Assembly: GCA_026398515.1 (NCBI GenBank)
Contig: JAPLSS010000446.1
Coordinates: 1 to 40,230 of the forward strand
Source of the DNA: Candidatus Sumerlaeota bacterium
GTDB taxonomy: Bacteria; Sumerlaeota; Sumerlaeia; JAPLSS01
Direction of reading: 5' to 3'
DNA length: 40,230 nucleotides
Part shown: positions 1 through 9,510 of the stretch, in pieces
Position numbering within the stretch: the stretch's first letter is position 1
Layout of the letters: each line of letters begins with the position of its first letter
Program-made: the position numbers and the translations under genes
Notes under the pieces: generated by a model
Seen by the model: the letters and a program-made list of their open reading frames with translations, nothing else
What the model was told of the DNA's origin: nothing
The model's database searches: none

Positions 1-197
1 AGCCCCGGGGGCTCCAGAACGGGATCGAACGCCTGATCGGCGCTGTGTTCGCGATTTTTCGCGCCTGGGCGGCTGCCATCCGCTGTGGACTCTGCCACTG
101 CGCTGGGACTCTTGGCTCCGTCTTGGCCGTGTTCAGAGCGATCACTATTGAACTCATCGTTCCGGCACGCTAAAACGCGGCCTTATTCAACGGGCTG

Positions 198-1565
198 TTA
201 GGGCTTGTCCGGCGTTCCGCTCTCCTCCGAGCGCTTCACTTTCGTCATCTTGCCATTTGGATCGTGGCCCATACCCTGCCACTCCGCGAAGCTGTTCGCC
301 ACCTGGTCCTTGGACACGCTCCATTGTTGCTTCGGCCCCGCTTCATCGTAGGTGTTGCGGTCGATCTCAATCCCGCTCGTCTCGACCTTTTTCGACGCGC
401 GCGTGATGTAATAGGCCGTCCCCCACTGGACCTGTGGGCAGAGCGTGTTCCCAATGATCTTGCTGTCGCTGACATGGAACTGAACCGAGATCTCGCCCAT
501 GTTCCACTTCGCCTGGTCGTTGTCCTCCAGGGTATTCCCTTCGATCGTGATGCGGGCGGCGCTTCCGCGCTTGGCGTTGTAACCGCCGATCATGATGCCG
601 CCCTGAAAGGATCGGCTGACTGTGTTGCCGCGGACAGTGATATCGCTGGTCGTTTGGCCCGGCCACTCGGAAGCGACCTCGATGCCGATATCGCAGTCGT
701 GGATTCGGTTGTTCCCGATGAGGATATCCTTTCCCCCATCGACGTAGATGCCGTCGGCGGAGCGGTCCGTGCCATAGGCGGGATTGCCTTGCGAGGTGAT
801 GTTGTAGACGTGGTTGTTCCGGCAGACCCCGCTTCGCGCCTGGTCCAGCGCCGGGTCTCGGCACACCTTTTCGTGCCCGATGAAATCGATGCCGATGTTG
901 CTGTTGTCGTGGATTTCGCAGTTCTGCACGGTGAATTGCTCCACGTTGCCGTTCAGGACCATGGATTCCGAAGAGCCCAGCTTGCAGTCGTGGATTCGCA
1001 CGCCGTCGATGAGGACGTTCCGGATGGGCTCCGCCGGTTGATTTCCATAAACCGCGAGGCCGTGGGCGTCGCCACCGTTCTTTCCAGGGAAGAGAGTCTC
1101 AATGTGGTGGATGTCGATGTCGATCAGGTCGATGTCGCCCGAGGCGCCCGTGAGCAAAATGCCCACGGGCACGACGTCCTTCTGGTCCGATTGGAGTCCG
1201 GCGATCTCCAGTCCCTCGATGCGAATATGGTGGGCATTCTCGATTCGAAGCAGCGCATGTCGATCCTGATCGTGTAGTTCCCGGCCGCTTCCCGAGAGGA
1301 CCGCCTGGCCCTTCGCCTTGATCGTAATGGGGTTCCCCTCCGAGCCGGACCGGGCGACGCGCACCATCTCGTGATACGTTCCCGCGTTCACCGTGATGGT
1401 GTCGCCGGGCATGGCAGCGTCCACCGCGGCCTGGATCCTCGGATAGGCGCCCTTGCCGTCGGCCGATACCACGAGCGCCGCGCCAGGCAGCGGCGCGGCG
1501 ATCGCCACGGCGCCGGCGCACGAGACGAAGGCCGACAGCGCGAGCAAACTGGAATGCGACTTCAC
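198..1565 (-). CDS. Secreted right-handed parallel beta-helix repeat protein (pectate lyase-like fold)
   Basis: ORF 198..1697 re-started at GTG 1565, which has GGAGG upstream. Signal-peptide-like N-terminus, an 'IQAAVDAAMPGDTITVNAGTYHE' start typical of beta-helix proteins, and repeated 'N.IHD' / 'GI.V' turns. Confidence 0.8.
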   Translation of the reverse strand: MKSHSSLLALSAFVSCAGAVAIAAPLPGAALVVSADGKGAYPRIQAAVDAAMPGDTITVNAGTYHEMVRVARSGSEGNPITIKAKGQAVLSGSGRELHDQDRHALLRIENAHHIRIEGLEIAGLQSDQKDVVPVGILLTGASGDIDLIDIDIHHIETLFPGKNGGDAHGLAVYGNQPAEPIRNVLIDGVRIHDCKLGSSESMVLNGNVEQFTVQNCEIHDNSNIGIDFIGHEKVCRDPALDQARSGVCRNNHVYNITSQGNPAYGTDRSADGIYVDGGKDILIGNNRIHDCDIGIEVASEWPGQTTSDITVRGNTVSRSFQGGIMIGGYNAKRGSAARITIEGNTLEDNDQAKWNMGEISVQFHVSDSKIIGNTLCPQVQWGTAYYITRASKKVETSGIEIDRNTYDEAGPKQQWSVSKDQVANSFAEWQGMGHDPNGKMTKVKRSEESGTPDKP

Positions 1566-1670
1566 GGACGCCCCTCCATTCGGCAACGAGGTGGTTGATA
1601 CTGGAATGTAGAATCGGCAATAGTAAAGAGGCAAGCCACAAGTACACCGATGGCCGCTTGGAGGTTCGAC

Positions 1671-3350
1671 ATGAAAACCATGGCGATTAGCATCCATATC
1701 ATCCTTCTCCTATGGCTCGCCTGCGAACCCCTCAACGCGCGGACCATCGAAGCCGACAAAGCGCGTATCAAAACAGTCGGCGGGATGCAGGATGGCGCGT
1801 GGAACCTGTGGTCGATTGGGGAATGGGGCGATTACGTTGAGACCATCTCGCCTGGCGCCTACCGGCTTGCCGTGGAAGCCAAAGGCTCTCCTGCCGCCGG
1901 TCAATGGCCGATCATGGCCGTGGTCGTCGATGGGGAGTCCGTGGACAGAACGGAGGTCCAGACGCCGGCACTGAAGGTCTTCGCCTTTTCCCTGAACCTG
2001 AAGGCCGGGCATCACCGCGTCACTGTCCAGTTCATGAACGACCTTCTGGCCAATGGCGAGGACCGGAACCTCTATGTGAAGCGGATGACCTTGGAATCCG
2101 AGGACGGCGCAGGCGGTGTGGCAATGGGCGACGAAGCGGCTTGGCGGGCCGCTTGGACGAAGGAACAGGCGAGGCAGGAACAAGAGACGCTCGAGCAAGC
2201 CGCCAGCTCCATTGAGAAGTGCCGGAAAGAGGACGCTTCCTTCATTGTCAAAGACCTGGAAGGACGGCCCATCCCGGGAGCGTCGGTGAAGATCGAGCAA
2301 ACCGGCCATGAGTTCCTCTTTGGCGGCAACATTTACATGTTCGATCGCTTCGGCAGCCCATCCGAAAACGACGAGTATAAGGAGCGGTTCGCCGCGCTGT
2401 TCAACTATGCCACAGTGGGCTTCTATTGGCGCGCGTACGAACCGCAGCGCGGCAAGCCGGACTACCCATACACCGATCGAGTGGTCGCCTGGTGCAGAGA
2501 GCGCGGCATCCGAATGAAGGGACATCCGCTGCTTTGGGCCGAGGAATCCGGCATCCCGGCCTGGTCGAAGGGGCAGCCTTCCCCCGAGATTCAGCGGAAA
2601 CGAGTGTCGGACATTCTCCATCGATACCAGGAACAAATCGAGTTCTGGGAAGTGGTGAACGAGCCGGCGCATCTTCCCGATTTGCCGATTGACGACGCCT
2701 ACCGCTGGGCGCGCGAAGCGGATCCCGGCGGGCATCTCATCGTGAACGATTACCAGGTCATGGCCGACGGGTTCCCGCCGTTCTTTGACCTGCTGAAGGG
2801 GGCCATCGCGCGAAAGGTGCCGTTCGACGGAATCGGCATACAGGCGCACGAGCCGAACACGATGCGATTCCCTCTCGCGTCGGTTCACCGCACTTTGGAC
2901 CACTATGCCGAGTTGGGCAAGAAACTCCATATCACGGAGTTTACGCCGACGTCGGGCGGCGAACCCGTCATCGGCTCACCCGTGGAGGGAGTCTGGGACG
3001 AGACGACGCAGGCGGATTATGCGGCAAAGTTCTATACGGTCTGTTTTTCGCACCCGGCGGTCGCGGCGATCACATGGTGGGATTTGTGCGACAGGGGCTC
3101 ATGGCTGAAAGGCGGCGGCCTGCTGCGGAAGGATCTCACACCCAAACCGGCCTACGCCGCTTTGATGAAACTGATTCATGACGACTGGACAACAAGAGCC
3201 GCGGGCCAGACGGACGAAAACGGCTGCTTCCCCTTCCGCGGCTTCCGGGGAAGATACTCGGTCGATGTTGAGGCGGACGGAAAGCGCGCCAAGCGGGAAT
3301 ACAGTCTGGCTAAGAACGAATCCAACCGGATCGAGGTGACACTGAAATGA
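1671..3350 (+). CDS. Glycoside hydrolase family 10 (endo-xylanase-like) with N-terminal carbohydrate-binding-like module
   Basis: GH10 motifs 'KGHPLLW', 'WEVVNEP' (acid/base), 'DGIGIQAH', 'HITEF' (nucleophile). N-terminal 'FMND...EDRNLYV' resembles the CBM60-type module. GGAGG precedes ATG 1671; signal peptide. Confidence 0.88.
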   Translation: MKTMAISIHIILLLWLACEPLNARTIEADKARIKTVGGMQDGAWNLWSIGEWGDYVETISPGAYRLAVEAKGSPAAGQWPIMAVVVDGESVDRTEVQTPALKVFAFSLNLKAGHHRVTVQFMNDLLANGEDRNLYVKRMTLESEDGAGGVAMGDEAAWRAAWTKEQARQEQETLEQAASSIEKCRKEDASFIVKDLEGRPIPGASVKIEQTGHEFLFGGNIYMFDRFGSPSENDEYKERFAALFNYATVGFYWRAYEPQRGKPDYPYTDRVVAWCRERGIRMKGHPLLWAEESGIPAWSKGQPSPEIQRKRVSDILHRYQEQIEFWEVVNEPAHLPDLPIDDAYRWAREADPGGHLIVNDYQVMADGFPPFFDLLKGAIARKVPFDGIGIQAHEPNTMRFPLASVHRTLDHYAELGKKLHITEFTPTSGGEPVIGSPVEGVWDETTQADYAAKFYTVCFSHPAVAAITWWDLCDRGSWLKGGGLLRKDLTPKPAYAALMKLIHDDWTTRAAGQTDENGCFPFRGFRGRYSVDVEADGKRAKREYSLAKNESNRIEVTLK

Positions 3351-6124
3351 AAACTGTGACGTTGCCATCCGCTAGATTCGCATGCGTGCTATCGACCGCG
3401 GGCGCGATCCTGTGCGCGCTCTTGGCGGGTATGTCACGGGCGACGGAGGCCGGCGAAGCAGCCAACCGCCCGCTCCGGAAAACCGACTCGGCTCCGCAGG
3501 TGAAGATTGCTCCGGGATTGGAGTGGCTCCAGCGCGAGCGACTGCGCGGGACGCTGTTTCATCAGCCCATTGTCGGACCGTTGGCGCCCGTGTTTCTTCA
3601 GGCCGAGCCGTCGGCGGCGCCGGACGGACAGGCCGCCGTCACCCTCCGGGGCGAGCATTATCTGTCTCTCCTCGTCGACAAGCCGGGGGACGTGTCCTTC
3701 CAGTTGGAGACCGTCTGGGCGCATGAACTCTGTCCGGTAAGCATCTTTGCGCTGTTCGGCCCCGACGGGGCGAACATCACCGGCGGGCAGGTCGAAGCCG
3801 GTAAGAACTCTCGGGTAAGAATCCCGGACGCCAAACCCGGCCGTTACATCCTGCAAATCAACTCGGGGATCGCTTCGCGCAATGTGGCCCGCGTGACAGT
3901 TCACGGCCTGCCGTGGGCGATCGAAGGCTCGACCCGCCGGACGTACCTGCAAACCCCGCTGGCGTACCACTTCCTGGGCGAACTCAAGACGGCGGGCCTC
4001 AACCTGGCGATGCTCGACGTCGAGACCCTGCCGCAGGTGTTTAGCACGGACCCGGGTCTGGCCGAGTGGACCGAAGCGGTGGAAGCCTGGGCGGATCAGG
4101 CGCGCCGGTATGACATCCGGCTCATGCCCTCGATTGACCTGGGCGGCTCGGCGACCGAAGTCGAGGCGTGGGGCGACGCGCCGAAGGGCGTTTACATCCG
4201 CGAGATCCCGGACAAGCCGATGGCGCCGTGTCCGCTCAGCCGCGTGTGGTGGGAGCGGGTGTTCCTGCGGCGAGCGCGGGAGGTGGCGCGCCTGTCCACG
4301 CGAAACCCGTATGTGGCGGGCGTCGGCATCGACCCGGAGATGTACCAGTGCTGGGAGTACGGCCACTACATGCTCAGCGGCGCCTGCTTCTGCGATGAGT
4401 GCTTCGGCGGATTCCTGCGCGCGCAGAAACTCGACCTGAATCTCTTGAAGCAACTGATGGATGGCGCGTCGCGGCACGCATGGCTCGAAGGCCAGAAACT
4501 GACGCGCGCCTTTGACGCCCGTCAGGAAGACGAGATGGCGCGGTTGGCCGCCTCGTTGCGCGACGATCTGCAGGCGATCAACCCGGAGTTCCTGATCTGC
4601 GTCTACGTGCTGGACACCGGCAACTGGTTCTGTCGGGGATTGGCCCGGGGCTTCGGCTCCCCCAGCGTTCCCGTGCTCAATTTCTCCGAAACTACGTATT
4701 ATGGCGTGGGCTGCGATCCGGCTTATGTCGCGAAGACCCAGAAGGCGTTCGCCAGTTGGGGCGCGCACGTCACCGCCGGCTTCGCGGTGTGGGACGTGTA
4801 TTTTCCCCCCACCCTGCGCGCCTACCTGGCCGCCCATTGCTACAACCTCGCCTGGAAAGGGGACGGCTACTGGTTCTGGCCCGGCTGCGATTTGATGACG
4901 GGCGCCGGCGGAGCCAATCGATGGGTGTACGAGGGGACAGCCGCCACGCCGCCGGACTACTGGCTCGCGTTGCGCGACGCCAACACCGAGATCGACCGCC
5001 GGATCGCCGCCGGCGCCGACTATGCCAGCCCGCTCGACGATGTCCAGAAAGTCCCTTGGCGAGACGCCTATATCGAAAAGGAAGCCAAGTGGAAGGATTG
5101 GAGCGGAGTGACGCCGCGCAACGAAAAGGAAGACGAGTACCCCATCCACCTCGCCGCTCCCTGCGCGCTGCAGTTCATTGCCCCCGAGCGCGCGGGGGCA
5201 TTTACGATCCGGGCGCGGGCGCAGGGCGGCGAAGGGTCGATCAAGGTCCTCTCGCCGGACCAAGAGGTGGTTCGCGAGGAGCGCTGCCCGGCCGAGGAAG
5301 ACATCCGCCTCGACATCGAACGGTCCGCCAACAACAAGCCGGGCCTCTGGACGCTCGAAGCGGCGCCGCCCGCGGATGGCCAGAGCGACCTGGCCCTCGA
5401 CCTCCAGGGGATTCCGGCCTACCTCTCTCCGCGCGGCGCCGGAGTCCTGGCCCCGCGGGTCAAAGAGGGCGATCTCCTGGGGCTCTGGCGATTCGACGAA
5501 GGTCAGGGCGCGCTTGCAGCCGATAGCGGCGGCCAGCCGGCCTACGACGGGCGGATCTACAATGCGGAATGGGCGCAAGGCCGAGCCGGCCATGCGCTTT
5601 CGTTTGACGGGAAACACAGTTCGGTCCGCGTCGCCCACACTTGGGCCATGGACAATCTCGACCAATTCACGCTGACCGCCTGGGTCAATCTCCGTTCGCT
5701 TCCGACCAAGGGGCACGGCTTCACCATTATAGGCAAGGGGCCCGAGGAGCCAACTCAGCACGTCTGGTGGTGGATCGGCTACGACCACTACCTCGCGCTG
5801 GAGGTCGGCAGCAGCCGGCACGAATGGGGAACCAGCTTCAACACCCGCCCGCTCGAATGGGAGTTGGGCCGCTGGTATCACGTCGCCGTCACGTTCCAGT
5901 GCGACGGGAAGAACTCAACGGCGACTCTCTATCGGGACGGACAGCGGCTTTCCACCAGCACGAAGAAGGAGGCCTTCCACTCCGGCGCCTACGACCTCCT
6001 GATCGGCGCCTACCACGGCGGCGCGATTCACATCTTCGACGGGCGGATCGACGAAGTGGCCTTCTACAACAGGCCACTCACCCCGGACGAAATCGCCGGA
6101 CTTGCGACGTCCGAGGCGCCATAG
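3347..6124 (+). CDS. Large secreted protein: putative glycoside-hydrolase-like domain plus C-terminal LamG/concanavalin-like domain
   Basis: ATGA overlap with the GH10 stop. LamG motifs 'WRFDEGQG', 'WYHVAVTF', 'FDGRIDEVAFYNRPLTPDEI'. Central 'GIDPEMY' and 'CFCDECF' resemble TIM-barrel GH-like proteins (inference). Confidence 0.7.
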   Translation: MKTVTLPSARFACVLSTAGAILCALLAGMSRATEAGEAANRPLRKTDSAPQVKIAPGLEWLQRERLRGTLFHQPIVGPLAPVFLQAEPSAAPDGQAAVTLRGEHYLSLLVDKPGDVSFQLETVWAHELCPVSIFALFGPDGANITGGQVEAGKNSRVRIPDAKPGRYILQINSGIASRNVARVTVHGLPWAIEGSTRRTYLQTPLAYHFLGELKTAGLNLAMLDVETLPQVFSTDPGLAEWTEAVEAWADQARRYDIRLMPSIDLGGSATEVEAWGDAPKGVYIREIPDKPMAPCPLSRVWWERVFLRRAREVARLSTRNPYVAGVGIDPEMYQCWEYGHYMLSGACFCDECFGGFLRAQKLDLNLLKQLMDGASRHAWLEGQKLTRAFDARQEDEMARLAASLRDDLQAINPEFLICVYVLDTGNWFCRGLARGFGSPSVPVLNFSETTYYGVGCDPAYVAKTQKAFASWGAHVTAGFAVWDVYFPPTLRAYLAAHCYNLAWKGDGYWFWPGCDLMTGAGGANRWVYEGTAATPPDYWLALRDANTEIDRRIAAGADYASPLDDVQKVPWRDAYIEKEAKWKDWSGVTPRNEKEDEYPIHLAAPCALQFIAPERAGAFTIRARAQGGEGSIKVLSPDQEVVREERCPAEEDIRLDIERSANNKPGLWTLEAAPPADGQSDLALDLQGIPAYLSPRGAGVLAPRVKEGDLLGLWRFDEGQGALAADSGGQPAYDGRIYNAEWAQGRAGHALSFDGKHSSVRVAHTWAMDNLDQFTLTAWVNLRSLPTKGHGFTIIGKGPEEPTQHVWWWIGYDHYLALEVGSSRHEWGTSFNTRPLEWELGRWYHVAVTFQCDGKNSTATLYRDGQRLSTSTKKEAFHSGAYDLLIGAYHGGAIHIFDGRIDEVAFYNRPLTPDEIAGLATSEAP

Positions 6125-6149
6125 CGTCTCTGTTCGATTCGTTGCGGCC

Positions 6150-7331
6150 CTATGGGCGTCGCTCAACGGCTGGAAACGCCGGAAACCCAACGAGCGCCAT
6201 GACGGTGAAGCCCGCGACGTTGGAGAACTTCTCGCTGTCGGTTGCGGCCGTATCGCGTACGCCGCCGTTTTGGGGATCGAGCCCGTGGGCGACGATCCAA
6301 TCGAGTGAATCTTCAGGGACGGGCCCCGCCAAAGACGACGCGGCGAGGGCAAGCACCGAACTGCTCAAGGTGTATTTTGGATCGTCAGGGTAGCAAGAGA
6401 CAGAGCCATCGGGCTGCCTGCATCCGGCCAGCCACCGAAACGCCGCTTCGCTCTCGGGACTCTTCCCGAATACCCACGGAATGTAGCCTTGGGGGAAGAT
6501 GCCGTCGAATCCATCAAAGTCAGAGTCCAGATCCCCGTCCTTGTCCCTGCCAAGGCCAAATCGCCCCCGCTTCGCGTCGAAGAATCGCGAGCCAATCCGG
6601 TCTTTGATCGAGGACGCGGCCTGGCGATAGCGTTCGTCCCTGAAGAGCAACTCGCCTGAGCGCAACCCCAGGTAGACGTCGCCTTGGTCGGCCGTGTATT
6701 GGTAGCGCCACAGCCGCCATTTTCCATCGCGCTTTTTCTGCCAGGAGCTATTCGAGAAACCATCCGGGCTCCCGTTCCGGTTCAGAACAAAATCAAGGCC
6801 GGCCCGGGCGTTTGCTTCATAGCGCTTGGCCAGCGCATTGTCTCCGGTCAACGAGGAATGGAGGCAAAGCAGGTAACAAAACAGCGCGCTCGTCGCATCC
6901 ACACCGCGCGCGTCCAGGACCCCATCGCCGGGCGACACGGGCTTGGGCGCGTACGGCGGATTCGGCTCATACGCGAGGAACCAACTGCCGCGCCATTGGG
7001 GATCGGTCATCTCCTCCCGGGCCGCCAGCCACTGGATTCCCTTCTCCAGGCCGGTCCGGAACCGTGCGTCTCGGCTCTGCCAGAAGGCAGCGGCCAGGCC
7101 CATGAGCGCGTATTCCATGTTTGAGTCTTCGTTGCAGACGTCGCCGCTGGGAACGTCAGAAATGGCGCCATCGGGGTCCTGTTGGTTGAGGATGAAATCG
7201 GCGATGCGAACGGCCACGTCGCTGTAGTCTCTCCTGGCGCCAGGTTGCCCCGCCGCAGTGTCCGTGGCTATGACCACGTCGCCGATGACCGGCAGCAGCA
7301 GAACCGCACACATCGGGATGCTCCTCAGCAT
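6150..7331 (-). CDS. Secreted hypothetical protein, probable (alpha/alpha)-barrel (six-hairpin glycosidase / prenyltransferase-like repeats)
   Basis: 393-aa ORF with signal peptide and helical repeats ending in 'QQDPDGAI', 'CRQPDGSV', 'RNGSPDGF'. Confidence 0.55.
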   Translation of the reverse strand: MLRSIPMCAVLLLPVIGDVVIATDTAAGQPGARRDYSDVAVRIADFILNQQDPDGAISDVPSGDVCNEDSNMEYALMGLAAAFWQSRDARFRTGLEKGIQWLAAREEMTDPQWRGSWFLAYEPNPPYAPKPVSPGDGVLDARGVDATSALFCYLLCLHSSLTGDNALAKRYEANARAGLDFVLNRNGSPDGFSNSSWQKKRDGKWRLWRYQYTADQGDVYLGLRSGELLFRDERYRQAASSIKDRIGSRFFDAKRGRFGLGRDKDGDLDSDFDGFDGIFPQGYIPWVFGKSPESEAAFRWLAGCRQPDGSVSCYPDDPKYTLSSSVLALAASSLAGPVPEDSLDWIVAHGLDPQNGGVRDTAATDSEKFSNVAGFTVMALVGFPAFPAVERRP

Positions 7332-8310
7332 GGCCAGAGCCTCTCCGCGTCGCGCCCGGCGTTTTGCCCCGGAAAGAGAATCCTTCCGTTTGATCGAGCG
7401 GTATTCGCTTCGTCCAGGACCGACGCGCCTTGCTCATTATGGACGGAATCTGATTCCGGCCTCAAGCCCCGGATTTCCGCATCTTCTCAGGCAGGCCGGT
7501 TCGGATGTTCTGGCCACCTACCAGGCCTTTGGCACTCGTGCGATGCCAAGCCGGAAGCCATTGTCCCTGCCGCAGTTGGGTCGGCAATCGAAAAAAGACG
7601 CAGCTCTCATCATCCTCTCCTGATCCGGGCGTGGGTTCTTGATCACGCTACGAGCAGCCCGTCCACGTTTCTCAGCAATCGGAGCGATCTCGGATCATCA
7701 TGCCCAACCAGACGACTGCGCGCCAACGCCTTGAGAACGCCGAAAAAGAGGAAGTGAATAAGGTTCCTGTAGTGGGAAAGGATGGTTTTGACACTGCTTC
7801 CAGGTGTTGCTCTGCGCGCACCCCATCTCCCGCACGCATGGTTCTGTGAGGGGCGAGCGAGAACTGCCCCATGGTCGGAATCCCGTGGCGCCGCCGAGAA
7901 ACCAGGCGGAAACGGAGAACGCAAACGCCGAACCGCAGCGGTGGTAGAAACTCGTCCACTCGGCCTATATCCCTACGAGGCCACCAAGCTCTCGTGCGGC
8001 ATCGTTGGTGTCGCAGTTGAGATGCGGTTGAGAGATTGCCACCCCCAAGTCTCATCCAAGGCGTCAAGCCCGACCCTTGCAGCCGCCATGCGCAACGAGT
8101 TCGGGGCCGACTCCAGGCTGTTCGAAAGACTCCTGCCCGCAAGCGTTTCGGCGCTGTGAGACATGGCTCAGTGCCAGTTGAGTTGTACAAGGGCTGTACA
8201 TGGAAGTGTTTCTTGAGCGGTATATGCGAGTGTCGCCAGCGTGCTTCGAATGGCCTAAGTGTTGGTTCTTCAATCTCTAAGCCCAATGTTTTCAATGGCC
8301 CTTCGTTCGC

Positions 8311-8355
8311 CTTCTAATCCGACGGTCGGAGGTTCAAGTCCTCCCGGGCGCGCCA
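8311..8355 (+). pseudogene. tRNA 3' half (Arg-TCT-like), att-site remnant
   Basis: CTTCTAA loop, TCCGA, CGGTC, T arm GGAGG-TTCAAGT-CCTCC, acceptor strand CGGGCGC-G-CCA. No D arm or 5' acceptor strand upstream. Confidence 0.85.
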
Positions 8356-8388
8356 TTGAGAACAGCGAACTTGCGCAAGCATCGACCG

Positions 8389-8405
8389 TCGGATTTCATA
8401 TCCGA
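8389..8405 (+). repeat. Left att core TCGGATTTCATATCCGA
   Basis: Identical to 21336-21352; inverted TCGGA/TCCGA arms around a 7-bp spacer, as expected for a tyrosine-integrase core. Confidence 0.9.
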
Positions 8406-8438
8406 CGGTCGCAGGTTCAATTCCTGCCGGGCGCGCCA
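8389..8438 (+). pseudogene. Second tRNA 3' half carried at the left end of the element
   Basis: TCGGA-TTTCATA-TCCGA stem-loop, CGGTC, T arm GCAGG-TTCAATT-CCTGC, CGGGCGC-G-CCA. No 5' half; the loop is non-canonical. Confidence 0.85.
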
Positions 8439-8443
8439 TTCAA

Positions 8444-8456
8444 AATAAAGGACTTA
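8444..8456 (+). promoter_or_regulatory. IHF-like binding site in the att arm
   Basis: AATAAAGGACTTA has one mismatch to WATCAANNNNTTR and lies between the core and the arm repeats. Confidence 0.45.
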
Positions 8457-8483
8457 CGCGACGCATGGCAACAAGCGAAAAAT

Positions 8484-8508
8484 GCTCTAGGTAGCGTGCT
8501 AGGTAGCA
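8484..8508 (+). repeat. Integrase arm-type binding repeats (left)
   Basis: GCTCTAGGTAGCGT-GCTAGGTAGCA; the first 14 bp recur exactly at 21177-21190. Confidence 0.75.
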
Positions 8509-8512
8509 CCCG

Positions 8513-8552
8513 CCCCCGCCGCCCGGACTCCCCCGCCGCCCGGACTCCCCCG
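8513..8552 (+). repeat. 17-bp tandem repeat (CCCCCGCCGCCCGGACT, ~2.3 copies)
   Basis: Exact copies at 8513-8529 and 8530-8546, partial copy at 8547-8552. Confidence 0.85.
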
Positions 8553-8931
8553 GCTGCGTGCGTGTTTTCAGAGAAGCGGGGCGACGAATTCCCTCCACAA
8601 CCAGACCAACCCGGCCACAAGCAGCCGGATTGCCCCCCCCCACAGCATCCGCTGAACGAAACCCTCGTGTGATCGCATGTGCGTTTTCCCTGGACAAAAG
8701 AAGGGTGATTGAGCATGTTCAAGATCGCAAAGTCGAGCGTCGGCGATGGTCGTCACGCTGTGTCCCGGTCGCGAAGCAGATAGTACCGTCGCGCGCCCAT
8801 GCGATTCCCGGAATATAAGGTCTATTGATAGAGAACGCCGCCGGGTGTCGCAAGACGTTCTTTTTTGTGGAAATTCTCAAATCTTTCGCCTATCCTACGC
8901 ATAGAGAAATGTCGAATTGGAGGCGGGGCCA

Positions 8932-9510
8932 ATGCGATCCAAGCGTCCCATGCAGTTCAAACTCGCACCCGACAAAGCCGCGGCAGTTGCAGTCCTCTTC
9001 ATCAAGAAGACGGGCGTTCAAGGCAAGAAGATCAAGTACATGAAGTTGCTGAAACTCATGTATTTTCTGGATCGGATGGCATTGCTGAGGTGGGGTCATC
9101 CCATCGTGGGCGGTCAGTACGTCTCAATGGACTACGGACCCGTTCTCAGTGAAGTCCTTGACATGATCAAGCGCAGAGGTTCTTCGAGTGAATGGGAAAG
9201 TTGTGTCTCTGAACCGTTTGACGATCACTGGGTCCGTCTCAAGGGTGACAATGATCTGCTCTGCTTGAGTGAGGCTGAAGAACGACTTGCAATGGAGATA
9301 GCCCGCAAATTTGGGCGCCATTCCGAATTTCAACTGTCTTCGCTCTCGCATGAGGTATGCCCGGAATGGCAAGATCCAAGCGGCTCGTCAAGACCAATTG
9401 CATGCGAGTCGATTCTCAAAGCTGCGAATAAGTCGTCTGCGCAGATCCTGGAAATTCAAAAGGACGCAGCCGAAACGGAGATGATGAGAAGCATCATGGA
9501 GAGCGCATAA
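8932..9510 (+). CDS. Panacea-domain (SocA/DUF4065 family) antitoxin
   Basis: 'MKLLKLMYFLDR...GHPIVGGQYVSMDYGPV' and 'LSSLSHE.CPEW' match the family pattern (KLxKLxY, GPV, SH..W). GGAGG lies 8 nt before ATG 8932. Confidence 0.85.
   Translation: MRSKRPMQFKLAPDKAAAVAVLFIKKTGVQGKKIKYMKLLKLMYFLDRMALLRWGHPIVGGQYVSMDYGPVLSEVLDMIKRRGSSSEWESCVSEPFDDHWVRLKGDNDLLCLSEAEERLAMEIARKFGRHSEFQLSSLSHEVCPEWQDPSGSSRPIACESILKAANKSSAQILEIQKDAAETEMMRSIMESA

Noticed and set aside
1-157. Possible minus-strand ORF start (MSSIVIALNTAK...) running off the left edge
   Set aside because: Short, no clear RBS and no recognisable motif.
3434-5881. Long antisense or alternate-frame ORFs (3434..5881, 23252..25000, 1710..2930, 19927..20937 and similar)
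   Set aside because: They shadow well-supported genes and are expected in high-GC DNA; no motifs.
7782-8159. ORF with 'TLAAAMRNEFGADSRLFERLL', faintly like a recombinase C-terminus, near TGTACA repeats and the first tRNA fragment
   Set aside because: No HxxR, LGH or Tyr motif can be read; too degenerate to call without a search.
8389-8438. Functional tRNA with TCA anticodon (Sec or opal suppressor)
   Set aside because: No 5' acceptor strand or D arm, short variable loop, pyrimidine at position 37; better explained as an att-borne fragment.
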